Made by a program: the position numbers and the translations under genes
NCBI RefSeq assembly: GCF_006345805.1
Contig: NC_043004.1
Span: forward strand, 44,578,001 to 44,642,000
Direction: 5' to 3'
Length of the DNA stretch: 64,000 nucleotides
Origin: Octopus sinensis
Lineage: Eukaryota
The notes under the pieces: model-generated
What the model saw: only the letters and a program-made list of their open reading frames with translations
Database searches by the model: none
Told to the model about the DNA's origin: nothing
Shown: positions 24,775 through 39,606 of the stretch, piece by piece
Layout of the letters: each line of letters opens with the position of its first letter
Numbering within the stretch: the first letter of the stretch is position 1

Positions 24775-25000
24775 ATATATATATATTCATATATATACGT
24801 GTGTGTACATCTATGTATGTATATATATATATATGTATATATATATACACATATATATATATATATTTATATATATATATACTCACACATATATATATAT
24901 ATGGATATACATGCATACATATATATATATGTATATATGTATATACATACATATACATATACACACACACACACTTATATATATATACATATATATTTAT
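24590..25000. repeat. (CA)/(TA) compound microsatellite
   Basis: Direct reading. Confidence 0.9.
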
Positions 25001-26183
25001 GCCAGCACACACAAATATCTTTGCATTCATGCACGTATATACATATGCGTACATACGACAATATTCACTCCCACATATAATGTGGGAGTGAATATAATGT
25101 AGTCGTCACGTGGCAACAGCAGAAAACACCGCCCTAAAAGTGTTGCACAGTAACTCCGAAACCAAAAAAAAACCCCACATGTTTGTGAACCAAGCTTCTT
25201 AACTACGTATTCGTATCTGTGCTTCGTTCCGTTTTCTATATCTTTCCATTTTTGTAGTTGCCCTTATTGTTGTTATGCTTTTATCCTAATCGAGATACGA
25301 AATGAGTTTCTAGCAGTGTTTAAATTAGTTCATTCATGCTATGAGTTCACATGGCCTTTGGGCAGATTAGTGCTTTTCTCTCCCTCACCCCAGACCAGAA
25401 TTTGAATTTCATGTACAAATCTTATAAACTAGTATAATTTCTATGCATCGCTTTGTCAATGTAGTATTATATTACAGATGTTCTACTACGTATAGCTTAT
25501 ATTTTAATTACATTTTGATTCTGTTCTCATCTAATATCAACGATGGTTATCAGTCACATAATTTTTTTCTGCTTCGCTTTACATCTATCTTGATGAAGGC
25601 TACACTAATTTGGATTTTTGCCTGTTAGTGAGTCTTCCTTCAAGAAAGTTAATGAGGAACTTGTTATCAAATCTTAAGATATTTGAATATCGGATGAACT
25701 CTGAAAGTAACAGTGTAACGGGCAATTTATCTATGTTTTGTATTATTGCGCTATATTCATATAAAAACCGTGTTATATTCTATAAAAACCGCGTATTGCA
25801 GAGTCGCTAGAGAAACGGCTAAATAAAACGATCGGGCGCAGCTGTTTGGGCGCTGGCGGGTTTAGCACACCTCACTGGACATTCAGTTTGGTTTCGCATT
25901 GGAGGCATACACACACACACATATACACACACACGCATACATGCACACACACACACACATACACACACACACACGCATACATGCACACACACACACACAC
26001 TGGCGCACACACATGTGCATACAAGCATACACACATACATACACGTGCGAACATGCACGCGTAGAAATATAGAACTACAGATAGGGAGAACGAGAGCGAG
26101 AGAGGTAGGATAGAAAATCGTTACAATTAATTAAACACAATTGGCATAAATACACTCCCTTTCTACATATACACATAAACAGA

Positions 26184-26214
<31 letters not shown>

Positions 26215-26774
26215 TGAGAAAGAGAAAAAGAGAAGGAGAAGGAGAGGCAGGAAGGGGATGAGAACGACATTAAAATCAGCGACGCCCGATAGACTGCGCG
26301 AAAGCGCCTGTGCTAAAACGTATCGTATTCGAACGTCGGATGAAGAGCGTCATCGTTATCCTTCTATTCCTCAGATCTTTGTATTCAAATTCCATTCATT
26401 GCTTTAGGGCTGATAAATAAAGTATCAGTGCTATACTAAGTTCGATTCTTCTCTTCTGTCTACCTTTCCTTATTATAGAAGAAATAGAATGGAATCAGAT
26501 ACTTATATTGCACTCAGATTCTGATACAAGGACGCATTGTATGTCGGTGTATCTGTGGCTTCATGAAGAAAACGAAGGCTCGAGGCCAATGTATAAGTTG
26601 TACAGTGCAGTAATGATTTCTTTCGTAACGTGAGTTCTTTAGTGTAACGTATGTGTCTCGAGTCACACTGAGCTGATGATTCGAAGAAAGAGATGAAATC
26701 ATGCTTTACGTGGCCACTAACTATGTAGGAAAAAGAAATATTAAAAGCATATATTTTGTATACGTACTTAAGCA

Positions 26775-26998
26775 AAGTCCCGGGTCATGTAAACTCATAG
26801 GGCCAGTTTGCCAGCTTCCGTCGCGTATATATTCCCCACTCCGTTGAAGGATTACTTATTTTTTCCCAGCTGAGCGAACTGAAGCAACGTGAGATGAAGT
26901 GTCTTGCTCAAGAATACAACGCGACGTCCAGTTCAGGAATCGAAACTACATTTTACAAATCTGAATCGAACCTTCTAACCACTAAGACGCGAGCCTCC
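26775..26998 (-). mobile_element. tRNA-derived SINE (head B type)
   Basis: Minus strand GGAGGCTCGCGTCTTAGTGGTTAG..GTTTCGATTCC..TTCTTGAGCAAGACACTTCATCTCACGTTGC, as in 7065. Confidence 0.75.
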
Positions 26999-28278
26999 GT
27001 GTAAAATATTTAGGAAAAAAAGCATTAAGAAATACATTTTGTAGCTTTCTTCTTTGCTCTTTCAATCAAATTATAAAAAAAAACCTGCCTCACCTTAACT
27101 GAATCAAGAATGGCTTGTTTTCCTTATACAGCTGAGCATAAGGTATATATCACGGCTTACGGGTTCGATTCGTACATTCCTCTAGTTTCAAAGCTGAGGT
27201 TTAGCAGAGGGTAAGTGAAGGTGTTTCGGTTATACAAAATGAAAAAGGTCTTTCAGAGAAAATAAGTGCCTGTAAATTGATATTATAACAACTTTGCTAG
27301 CTGTGACTCAGAAACATAGTTTATGTAAATACTTTTAAGAGTATCGGTTTCCAGTATGAAAATTTAATCCAGCAACCGTCATGCACTGTTAGGAAGTCTG
27401 CGCCAAATGATTGTTATCTTAAAAATGGACGTGCTTCATATACGCTTCACTAACATCCAATTCATGCCATAGAGAGATGTGAACAATAATCAATGACTTC
27501 GAGTCTACAGTTACTAATTTAAAACTTCGTGTATAAATCGATTTTCTCCATTTGATTTCTCCCCTTAATATAGATGTCCGTGTGTATATGTAATATGCAT
27601 GTATGTATGTATAATGTATGTATGTATGGATAAATGGATGTATAATGTATGTATGTATGTATGTATGTATGTATGTATGTTTGTATGTACGTTTTGCTTT
27701 GTATTTGTATAACATTAACATCTCATGAACAGTACTATTAACATACACTATAGCTAAGCAATCTATGTGGTCGTCTGCCATTACAATATCTCGTCTGCTA
27801 ATGGTAGCTTATTTCTCCAAAATTTGAATGAAAAAGAAAATGAAACAAATAACAATGAAAACAAAAGATGTTTAAAATTCTACTCTAAAACAACTCATTT
27901 TGGATTATAAGCGTTACACCGTTCTTCTTTTTTATTTCTATCCAAGATTATCAAATGAGTTTATTTTTTATTTTATTTTTCGTGGTGGGGAAAATGCCAA
28001 TCAAATTGACTTTTGTATAACGTTGTCTAAGAGAATTTCTACTTTTAATTTTACTTTTATTGTTTTTTTTTTCATTATTTCATTTCAAATATTGAAAGAC
28101 CATTGGTTAAGAGTTTAAGCTTTATATTTTCTCCTTGAAATCTGTGATGTGAGAGTGTGTGGATGTGTACGTGTGTGGTGAATGAGTCTGTTTCCTTTTA
28201 TTATTTTTTTTCCATGAAACAGTTGCGTGTGGTTGAGAGAATCAAATGTATATGTCTGTACGTACGTATGAAGCATGA

Positions 28279-28332
<54 letters not shown>

Positions 28333-28341
28333 TATATATAT

Positions 28342-28375
<34 letters not shown>

Positions 28376-28891
28376 CACATATATATATACATATATATGT
28401 GTGTGTTGTGTGTGTGTGCGTGTGTGCCTGTCTGTAAGTATGTACGTAGGAAGCGTATATGTATATATATATGTGTGTGTGTTTGTGTGTGCGTGTGTGC
28501 GTGTGCGTATGTGTGTGTGTATGTTGTGTGAATACGCATATGCATACATAAATATATACACGCATACACACACGTAGGAGTATATTTACAAACGAAAAAC
28601 ACACATACACATGCACATGTCTGCACACACATACGTACACATATATCTATGGAAATACATAACTACGTGGGTTTGTGTGTGAGTGTGTGTGTGTGTATGT
28701 GTGTGTGTGTGTATCTGTATGTTTTAAGAGATAGGCAGACATCAGCCTGACTGTCGAGCAATCAGACAGACAGACTGAGGATGGACGGACGGACGGATGG
28801 ACAGAAAGATGGATTGATCGATCGATTGATGGACGATGGATAAACAGGTATAAACACGATAGTTTTACTTATGTCAAACAGCAAACATTAC

Positions 28892-30021
28892 GGATCTTTT
28901 CAGTTTGAAGGCCAGATTTTCCTAGTTAACTAAACAATTTGAAACTTCGTATACTGGTAGAATATGTCAAAAGAAAACATAATTTTAAACCAAAATGAAA
29001 ACGGAATTGTAATTTCTAAGTTTAACGTTGTTCAATAATTCGGATTTTAACCAATAGTATTCTTTCTTTCGACCTCATTATTTACTGCCTCTCAAAATAT
29101 TGTTACTGTGACATAAACAGCTATTTTGTGACGTAGTTAACGTAAATATGTAAACAGACCTACAGATTAGTTTGTAACGTAAACATCCGTTTATCGTAAA
29201 TAGCTAAATTCGCTTGGCATCGTACACAGCTTTTTCAGTTCCCTAGAATTATATTTGAAAGAAAGTAAAAGGAAAAAGATTCATACGCATAAATATCCAT
29301 CCTTAGACATCAGAAAATGGGTGTTTAAATTATTTTCCATTGTTTGCATTGCTTACACACACACACACACACACATACACATACATACATACACACATAC
29401 TAAAATTACATCGTTGGAGCAGTAAATTATTTATGTATTTTTTGTTATACAATTTATTTTTAAGCTGAATCCCCATCCTGCCATTAACCCCTTTCTTATA
29501 AAATAGTCGAAGAATCTGGGGTGTAGGTACTGGGCCAGTATTGGAACTTTTAACTTCTTGCTCTCTATCTTATGATCTCCGAAAGTTAAGAATCCTGTGT
29601 TAACTGGGCTCTTATTATTTACTCTGACGCTGCCACCACCTCAATGCAAAGACTATCAATATCAGAATCATCTTCACAACCACCACTACAACCATTACTA
29701 CAACCTCCAATGCCACCACCACAACCATCTTCTGCAACCACAACCCCAAGACCAATACCAGCATCATATTCAAAATCACCAATTTCACCACCACTACACT
29801 CTGCAATGTCTTCAACACTACCATCCATGAGACATCCTAACATAATCAATGCTACTACTACTATCATCATCATTATCATCATCATCTACTGCCGCCACCA
29901 CCACCACCACCACCACCTCTACAAAAACACCAACACTATAATTGCTGCCATCATATACATCCACTGTCACCACTACACCACCACCACCACCACTGCCATG
30001 ATAACCACATCTACCACCTCC
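28892..30021 (+). repeat. Composite repeat (GGATCTTTTC-family element + CAC/CAT-rich segment), left copy of an inverted pair
   Basis: Reverse-complement match to 42011-43660. Confidence 0.85.
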
Positions 30022-31789
30022 AACACCATTGCCTCCACTATCTATGAGACATCCTAAGTTAGATACTACTTTCACTTTCTAGTTGCTCTTTGAGTTTATT
30101 ATATCTAATCTATCTCTCTAAAAGATGCAAACCAAGTAGCATTAAATGGAGAATGGATGTGAGCAGAAAGAGAGTAAGTTCCATTCCAGTTTACAACAAT
30201 TATAGAATTATTCTCAAACCATAAATGAATGGTGGAGAGGAGTGAAGGAGGAGTCATGTTTCCTCTGAGAGGTTACAGAAGTATTATTACACTTTTGTTA
30301 GAATAGCTGTGGAAAATGTAAGTTGAAATCAAATTTGATGCTAAATTCTTTTATAGCCATGTTCCCAATGAAATACGCATAATCAATTTGAACAGTCTTA
30401 GTAAAATAACTACTTTCTTTAATTATTAATCAGGTGTTTGGATCAACAAAATTATGAGATAAAGGTGAGAAGGTCAGTAGAGTGTCTATCTGCTTGTAAC
30501 TATGTAGACTATGCCTTGTTATGGTTTATGTTAGGGTTAGAGCTATGGTCTAGAATTGGCAACAGATAGCATACTAAATTGTAAATGGCCACGTTTACTG
30601 TGTGCTAAACTGACACTAGAGATTTAATGAAACAGTTTACCTATCAGAATTTAAGTCATGAAAGGGTTAGTTAGCATTGTCAACAGACTTCACATTTCTC
30701 TTTTTTGTGGGCAATGAAATAAAACACTAGATAAGGAGTGGGTCAATATAGTTGACATTATTTCCTCCTATAAAATTATTGGCTATGTACCTTCGTTAGA
30801 AATTCTTATTTGTATTAATATAAAGTGCGAGCAAGAGAACATTTGCAGGCTTTCCTAAACTGTTAATGTGAATGTAGATGATGTCTTTTTTCAACTTGTG
30901 TAAATTAATGTCTGATGAGAATGTGATTCCATGTAGAAGCTGCCATTCTGGAGATAAATGATTGGATAAAATATTTAATAAAATGTTCTAGCTGTGAGAC
31001 ACGTTAAAGATGATGATGTGGGCTCAGTTTGATATAGTTTACAGCTTACTAATTCACAGGAATAGTAGTGGGTGTTAGGGTTTTTTTTCCCATGTTTTAT
31101 TTGAACAATTTGGCTGGATAAAGGGGTCTGTATCCTTGACTTTTGCATTCCTTCTGAGACAAGAGCTGTGCCTTCAAAACTGGTAAGATTGACGTAGTTG
31201 ATCTTGAACAAAATGTGTGGATGGCAGCAGAGGAAATAACATGGACAAGGGAATTTCAGAAGGCTGCCAATCTGGTAAGAAATAAGTTAATGCTTAGTTT
31301 GCAGGTGAATTACATGCTACGTGATCTTCGAGCCTTTTGTCGCCAGATGCTGTAACATGGTTTGCATCCAATAGAGTAGTACCACCACTATTGCGATAAT
31401 GGCCTAAAATATGTGGTACCAGTGTGATAAAATAAGATAATGCAGCAGCAATAACAACATAACTGTCTCTCAAGAACCAACAAATATTCCAAATGAACAA
31501 ACCAACCCACCATCTTGAACTTCACTATGAAATAACACAAACTATATACACTCTCTTGGTTCAGTCTATTCCTCATAAGAGGGTACCTTGGCTCTCATCA
31601 CAGCACTGAGAATGTAAGAGGTTGATAACTTTGTTCTGCCGACAAATTTTCATTTATTTATTCTTAAGCTTCTCTTACTGCTGGAAACCACTTCTGCCTG
31701 GTACTGGCATTTATGTGAACAAGGTAGACAATTGACAAGTATCAAATGCCACAATACATAAATTCATTATTTATTAAAATTATCTTCAA

Positions 31790-34100
31790 TTGTAGAAGTA
31801 TCATAATTACTAAATGGTAATCGATTAGCATATTCAGGGTCATTTAGTCACCTACCAATCTGGTAGACACACTAGTCAAATTGACTACATCCTCACTAGG
31901 AAACAGGAAAGACGACTACTTGTAAATGCCCAAACCTTCCCAGGTGAAGAATGTATCCCACAACATAGATTAGTAGTTAGCGACTTCAGGATCAGAGCTA
32001 AATGGATGCCCAGAAGACGAACAGAATGGAGGAGAAGGGTCTGGAAGCTTAAGGATCCTGCAAAAAGAGATTGAGAGACAAATTACTCAAAGCTGTGGAA
32101 GACAACTGGAGGTTTCTACAGGACAACCTTTTGAGGGCTAGTGACCAGATCTGTGGATGGTGCAAAGTCTCCTCTCAACCCACGGTAACGTGGTGGTGGA
32201 ACAATGTTGTTGACAGGGCTAGTAAGGAAAAGAAACAGGCTTTGAAGGACTGGAAGACCGGTGATAGCAGGGAATTGTATCAGACTGCCAAAAGGGAAAC
32301 TAGGAGATAGGTTGTTTATTTCGCCAGAGGGGAAGCAGATAAGGAAAAATTTGCCAATGTTCTGCGCCGTGATGACCAAAGACTTGAAGTATTTTCCTGT
32401 TGCCAGACAGTGTGTGAGAGAGAATCGAGATGTCCTAGGAGAGAAATGTGTCCTCATGGGAGATGGTTCACTTGCTTTAAACGAAGCTGCAAAGAGACAG
32501 GTTTGGAGACGCCATTATGAATGTTTGCTAAATAAAGTGAATGAATGTGTGAAAGAGCGTCTGCCGAATGCTGGCCCAACAGAGGGACCAGCTATCTATC
32601 TAAATTGACAGTGCCTTGGTAGGTAAAGCAATTAAGGGTATGAAGACAGGGAAAGCCCCCGGACAATCAGGAATCACCACAGAGATGATCAAAATATATG
32701 GCGGTGTCGGCTATAGCGTAGTCAACCAGGTGATACATGAAGGAGTCATACCCAATGACTGGTGTAGAAGCACCGTAGTCAACTGCTAACAAAGGTAAAG
32801 GTGACGCATTAGATACAAATAATTACAGAGGTATCAAGTTGTTGGATCAGGTAATGAAGGTCACGGAGAGGGTCATAGCCCAAGTAATTAGGGAGAGAGG
32901 CAGTCTAGATGAAATGCAGTTTTGGTTCGTGCCAGGGGAAAGCACCACTGATGCTTTATTTCTGATAAGACAGATGCAGGAGAAATAGCTAGTCCAAGAT
33001 AAAACTCTGTACCTGGCTTTCATTGACAGGGTCCCCCGATCCCCTATCTGGTGGTCAATGAGGAGACTAGGGATGGATGAATGTTTATTGAGAGCTGTAC
33101 AAGCCATGTACAGTAAGGTGACGGTTGGCAACGAGTACAGTGAAGAATATCAGGTAGGGGTAAGGGTCAACCTAAGATCAGTCCTCAGCCCCCTCTTATT
33201 CATTATAGTCCTCCAGGCAATAACAGAGGAATTCAAGACAGGCTGCTCCTCATTGCTGATGACCTTGCACTAATAGCAGAGTCACTGCCGGAACTGGAGC
33301 CAAAGGTTAGGGCGTGGAAGCAAAGTCTAGAATTGAATGACCTTAGGGTTAACCTAGCCATAACTAAAGTTTTAGTTAGTGTGCAGGCTGTCAAATCACA
33401 AACTCCTCTGTAGAAAAGGCATTGGTAGAAACTCCATACGATGCACCCGGTGTAAGCTATGGACACATAAAAGGTGCAGCAATATCAAAGGAAGGTTAAC
33501 TGGGAAAATTATTTCTTGTGTGTGGCAGATGCAGTGGGGCAATAAACACTGAAGGTGTTCAGAAAACAGCTTCCATTACATGCCTGGGGAAGAAACTAGA
33601 AGTAGTAAATACTTTCTACTACCTATGTAGTGGGAGTGATTGCTCTGCGAGTGTAGCAACTAGAGTAATAATAGCCTGGGCAAATTCAGGGAGCTCCTAC
33701 CTCTGCTGGCAGCTAATGGCCCCTCACTCAGGGGAAAAAGTGGACTGTATGATGCATGTGTGTGAACTGCCATTCTATACGGTAGTGAAACATGGGCCAT
33801 GAATGCCGAGGACATGCGTAAGCTTGCAGTATGCTTGAGTCAAGTAAAACCAATACCGTAGCTGGGGGGCCGGTGACCCGCTAGCTGGCACCTGTGCCAA
33901 TGGGACATAAAGAACACCCACTACACTCTCAGAATAGTTGGCGTTAGGAAGGGCATTTAGATGTAGAAATTATGCTAGACTAGATTGGAGCCTGTTGCAG
34001 CAGCTGGCTCTCCAAGATTTCAGTCAAACTCTCCAACCCATGCAATCATGGAAAACGGACGTTAATCGATGATGATGATAATGACGACGACGACGATGAT
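31790..34100 (+). mobile_element. Decayed, 5'-truncated RTE-clade LINE
   Basis: QIDYILTRK, HRLVVSDF, WKLKD, WWWNNVVD, NYRGIKLLDQVMKVTERVI, FVPGESTTDA, VLSPLLFIIVLQAI, ADDL; 3' UTR ending in a (GAT/GAC)n tail at ~34068-34100. Confidence 0.9.
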
Positions 34101-34139
34101 TATATTAGTAATAAAGTTGGGTGCAGACAAGCGATTTGT

Positions 34140-34474
34140 AGTAGAGAGCAATAGCGTTTGGAGCGAGCAAAGACTTGATATAATCATAATTGTTAAGTTT
34201 CTAAGCTTCTAGTTTGATAATAGAGTTTATTATAAGTAAAATTATTATATTATTTATTTCTTAAAAATACTGTTTAAATATTTCTGATTATTTTAAAAAT
34301 ATTTCAATTAACCTGAAGATTGACTTTGACCATAACTCGAATTATTAATTGAATTTAAATCATTGTTATTCGAATTGGTACAGCCAATTTAAATCGCCTC
34401 TTTCATCGTAGTGTTTTACTCTTTATCTTTTATTAAACTTTTAATACTTTTGATATTTATAAAAAAAAAAAATT

Positions 34475-34506
<32 letters not shown>

Positions 34507-34721
34507 ATTAATTAATTATTAATTAATAAAATAATATATAAATATAAAAATATACATACATACATATATATATAAATATTTGTATATATATATAAAATTT
34601 ATAAGTTTAAATTATTTAAATAATTTTTTATTTTTAACTTTTATATTTTAAATTAATTTTATGTATTGGCTTATGTTTTTCACTGTTTGATTTGCCTAAT
34701 AGTGGTTTTATCTCTAATTTA

Positions 34722-34775
<54 letters not shown>

Positions 34776-35130
34776 TACACACACATACATACATATATAT
34801 TTGGAATTTACAAAAGAAACGAACAAAAGACGAACACGGATGTTTAAACAGCAAACAGGTTTATTAGTTTAACGCTCCGGACTTAGGAAAATTTATATAG
34901 GGAGTACTACTGATTTGAAATTAGATATAGGGGACACAAGAATTCATTTATTCACCCCTATATAAAAAATTTCAGACATTTTAGTATATTGTAAGCATAA
35001 ATATTTAGCGTCTTATAATTTTCTTAAACTTTAAAATATAATTTTTTTAGAATATAAAAGCTTTTTAATCGCCTCTTTCAATTTAGGTTTTTATTTTTCA
35101 TGTTTATATTCGTATTTCATTGTTATGTTT
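34140..35130. repeat. AT-rich interspersed repeat relics around (TA)n, possibly Penelope-like terminal repeats
   Basis: Shares a segment with 12580-12720; internal AATCGCCTCTTTCA occurs twice (~34392, ~35067); hammerhead-like relic at 34303-34353. Confidence 0.4.
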
Positions 35131-35133
35131 ATA

Positions 35134-35700
35134 TTGGGTTGTCCGGAAAGTTCGTTCCGATTTTTAAAAGAAAGCACATGGTCACTAAATACTTGCCATT
35201 ACATTTTTAATGAACCAAATCTGAACCATTTCGTTGCACAATACGTCTCCGTCTTACCTTTACCTTAAAAATACCCTCTTCCCAGAATTGGGTTGGTTTC
35301 AAGGCAAATAATTCATCAAGGTATCTTTTTACGTCATCTAAGGAATTGAAATTTTCACCATTAAGACTATTCTGCAGAGATCTGAATAAGTGGAAATTCG
35401 AAGGAGTAATATCTGGTGAATATGGAGGGTGGAGTAAGTCAGCCCAGCCAAGCTGCAGCAATTTTTGTCTGGTTCCCAAAGCATCAAATGCCGATAATGA
35501 ATTTTTCTCATCTTTTAATTTAAAGGGTTACAGAATTAACACATGTTATTGGAACATGAACCTTCTTCCACGAAAAGATAGATTAAACTGTGCTCCAAAT
35601 GGAGGTGTAGTAAAATCCTATTTTATGGACTCAAACATGTTCTAAAATAAGTCGAAAGATAAGCTACTATAAATCGGCAAGAACTTTCCGGACAACCCAA
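35134..35700 (-). mobile_element. Internally deleted mariner (DD34D) with intact TIRs and TA TSD
   Basis: TIR TTGGGTTGTCCGGAAAGTTC.T.CCGATTT at both ends, TA at 35132-33 and 35701-02. ORF 35207-35479 has HPPYSPDITPSNFHLF, with the third catalytic D read as N. Confidence 0.92.
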
Positions 35701-36209
35701 TATTTCTATATTTTTATCATGAAATTCTTAATATAAATATGTGGATATTCGTATGGAATAATACCTCATGTGCTACATCTGAATTTTCTTGTCTGAATGT
35801 TTTAAGACAAATATCCGAAATTTTTATCGTATACCACATTTTATTAATACTTAGCTCATATACGGAGACAAAAATGTTGTACTATATACTGCAGGTTATC
35901 TCCATTAAAATTATATTTAGCATTAGAATTCTTCAAGTTGTAAAAAAATTGTTATTGTCTGCATCATTCGAAAGCGAAATAAATTTTGCATAAGGTGTAA
36001 AAGATAAAAATAATTTGTATGGTGTTAGTAACAAAATATTTTGTAAGAAATAGAACTTTTATCGTCTGTCTTAAATATATTTTCGCCAGTGTATATATCT
36101 CAGGTCATCTCATAAGTTCTGTCTGAATTTTGGATAAAGAATACAAGTGATCAAATGTTATATTTAATTGAAAGTTAATCATCAATGTACTTTCCCTAAT
36201 TATCTATGA

Positions 36210-37160
36210 CTTACCTCCATCTATTTACAAGCTTTTTAATCCCATCAACGTAAAACTCTTTTGGTTTCAAAGCGAAGAACTCTGAAATGTCAGGTTCGAC
36301 CTCCCCCTGGCTTGAGAAAGTTGTATTCCCCTACTAATTCTGTAAACTATGAAACAAATGGTATCCTGAAGGAGTAAGGTCGGGAGAATAAGTTGGATGA
36401 AGAAATTTTTCCAAACCGACCCCTTCGATCTTCTGTGATGTGATCTTTGCAGTGTGGGGTTGCGCATTGTCCAGATGAAACATCACTCGTTTTTGGACTC
36501 ACTAAAGCGGCTCTTTTTTCCTTCAAATCTTGGTTCAAACGCTCTAATTGCTGACACTAGACTTGAGCATTGATTGTTGCATTAGGTGGTAACAATATAA
36601 AGTGAATTACGCCTTTGCACTCGCACCAGATAGAGAGTAGAACCTTTTTCCCATGAAGTTCCCTTCTCGGTTGTGGTTGAGAATTTTCCCTTTTACCAAG
36701 CCACTGTTTACGACGTTTAACATTTCGATAGAAAATCCATTTTTCATCGCAAGTCTATCGAAAAAGGGTGAAATGAGTTTGCGAGAATGGAGAGAAGAGC
36801 AGAGGCCAACTCGGGATTTGCGGTTGCTTTCGGACAATACATAAGGCACCTATTTTCTAAGTTTAGGAATCTTTCCACGTTGTTGAAGATGACGATGAAC
36901 TGTTGTATGGTTTGAAGTAAGCTTTATTGCCAATAATGACGGATTTTCTTCAAGTAATGCCTGAAGGAGCTTATCAAACTCAACTGGACATCCTGTTCGA
37001 TATTCATCTTCAATTTTGCAGACGATCTCCTGCAAGTTCTTTCATTCGAGCACTTTCCCATAAACTGAGTGTATGTTCCGAGTCACTTCGGCTGCAGAGT
37101 TACCTTTATTGTACTCATAAAGTACTTTAAATGCTCCTTGGATACTTCCTTGTTGGAAGG
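36210..37160 (-). mobile_element. Decayed mariner transposase, TIRs not recognised
   Basis: Fragments GCPVEFD..L.ALLEENP, TVHRHLQQRGKIPKL, FFDRL.., HPTYSPDLTPSGYHLF. Confidence 0.85.
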
Positions 37161-37180
37161 GTTTTAATCAAAGCAATTTT

Positions 37181-38518
37181 AGGGTGTCCACGAAGTCTGG
37201 GTTTATGGAATAAAATCATAACATAAACAAATAAATATAAGAAATAATAATTTTCCTTTTATACTTTTGTTTAAATTAAATAAAAAAAATACTTTACTTT
37301 TCTAAATTTATTTATTTTTTCTACAGATGATCGAATGATGGCTCTGTCTAAAGAAAAAAGAATCCCAGATCGAATGATGAATCTGTCTAAAGAAGAAAGA
37401 ATCGAGTTAGTAATATTAAGTGGACGAGAGGGATGGTCTTATCGCAAAATTGCGGAAGAATTTAATCTTCCACACCCTTGTAGGCAACCTATTTATTTTA
37501 CTGCCGTCAGGAAATTGATCAAGAAATTTAAAGAAACAGGCAATGTTTCGGATAAACCCCGTTCCGGGCGACCAAAGACTTCAGATGAAACTAAAGAGGC
37601 TGTCGAGGCTAAAGTTTCTGCTAGCTAGCCCCAAAAATCACTTCGTCGGACATCTACGGTGTTAGGTGTTCCAAAACCAACCATCCACAAAATGCTGGTT
37701 GAGGAAAAGTTTCATCGATACAACCTACAGATATTGCATCACTTAAATGAAGACGATCCTGATAGACGAATGTAGACGTGCAAATGGTTTTCAGATAAAT
37801 TGGATGAAAATATCAATTTTACGAAAAACTTTGTGTTGTTCAATGACAAAGCTACGTTTTATGTAAATGGTGAGGTCAACAGACAGAATCTTCTATACTG
37901 GTCTCGAGGTAATCCACATTGGATGGATCTATCCAAACAGCAAGACAGCAAAAAGCTGATGGTGTGGTGTGGTTTTTGGAAAGCTCATGTTCTAGTACCC
38001 TTCTTCATTGAACATGTAACGGATGAGACTTATGCAAATATATTGAGAGACAAATTAATATCTTAAATTGAGAGCCTAGGCGAGGGCCTTCCGAATTGGT
38101 TTCAGCAGGATGGGGACCCTACCCATTTTGCCACAACTGTTAGAGATTGATTTAATGACACTTTTCCTCCTCACTAGATTGGAAGAAGGGGTCATATGGA
38201 ATGGTCCCCTCGTTCACCAGACCTTTCTCCCCTTGATTTCTTTTTCTGGGGTATGTTGAAAGAGAAAGTTTACCCAATAAAGATTACAGATTTAAAACAC
38301 ACGAGAGAACGCATTACCAGTCAGTGTGCTGAAATTGATGGCAATGTAGACTTATTTAATCAAGTTCAACTGAATTTTGCAAGGCGCATCAAGTTATGCA
38401 TTGAAAATGATGGAAACCACTTTGAAAATATTATTTATTAACATTATAATTAAATAAAATTGTTTTGTTTTAAAAGTATGTGTTAATTCCCATGTACGCA
38501 GACTTTATGGACACCGTC
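37181..38518 (+). mobile_element. Tc1/mariner DD41D (rosa/Visitor-type) transposon, full length but with stops
   Basis: TIRs AGGGTGTCCACGAAGTCTG (37181) and CAGACTTTATGGACACCGTC-TA (38518-20); HTH ..KFKETGNVSDKPRSGRP; FNDKATF; QQDG then 41 residues to SPDLSPLD. Confidence 0.9.
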
Positions 38519-39606
38519 TATTATTTTGTAAAACAATATTGAATTAGTTTAAACGTACACAAATGCATAAAATAATTTTTAATTGAAGTAGACATTTGCA
38601 AATACTATTAAATTTCATTCAAATCTAAAAAAAAGGTAAAATTGGACAGAACTGACTGGATGACTTGATATATATATGACTTAAATGGCCGTGCCCCAGC
38701 ATGGCCACGGCTCATAAGCTGAAACTGGAAAAATCAAAATCAAAAAATCATATATAATCTATGATATTCTAGTAAGTTTCAAGTTTATAATACCTTGATA
38801 TCTCATGTTATCTCATTTTATATGCCTAAGACGTTTATTTTCTATTCTGGTTTTTATATATTTCTATACATTATATTTGTATCTATAATTTATTTTAAGC
38901 CGAAACATAATACGATCCTTGTACGAACGAAAGAACAAGAATGCCCCCTGGAACATTTATTTTACACCGGCGTTTGTAATCGATGGTGACATGTGCGATG
39001 ATTTTGCGACTATCTTATATTTTACAGAGAAATTAGAAGCCCCGAATGTAAGTCAGCGCTTTATGCATAATTCAATATTTATAGTTCTCTATTTCTAACA
39101 GAAATTCTGTCCTCAATAACTATAGATCTATTTCTAACTGTAATACTTTTTCTTTTCATTCATGCGTTCCCGTCTGTCTCTTGACAAAGCTTTCTTTCTC
39201 CAGCGTTCACCACGTCACCTCGTTAGGGTTAAACAGCCCTTACCGGAAATTTTTACTGTCCTGATTTTGTTATCAGCTTTGACGATCCACGTATCACCAA
39301 TGTTATCTAATTTGCTTTGGGGGAGCAATTGCTTTGACGAATACACATCTTGTTGCAATGCGGAGTAAGTAAAACTGCCAACAACTGAGGAAGGATTATT
39401 CTTTTATATGCTGCCTTCACGCTATAGTTCTCTATGTAATTAAAAATTCTTTTTTCTCGCCGAGCCGAGCCTCTCGTGGACAGTGAGCCCAATGGCGCCC
39501 AGAGCGAGCTCAACACACTATTTAAACCCTAATTAAGGCATGTGTAAAATTTGAATGAAATTGGTTGTGTAGTTCTCACACACATTCACTGTTTTATATA
39601 TATATA

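Noticed and set aside
25800-26350. CpG-richer patches as a promoter
   Set aside because: Short, interrupted by microsatellites, and with no linked exon evidence.
29644-30057. Pro/Ser/Thr-rich ORF open in both inverted copies (also 41925-42428)
   Set aside because: It derives from degenerate CAC/CAT/ACC repeats that are open in several frames on both strands, and the copies are too similar for openness to imply selection.
31790-34100. RTE copy as an active, brain-expressed octopus LINE
   Set aside because: This copy is 5'-truncated with many stops and frameshifts.
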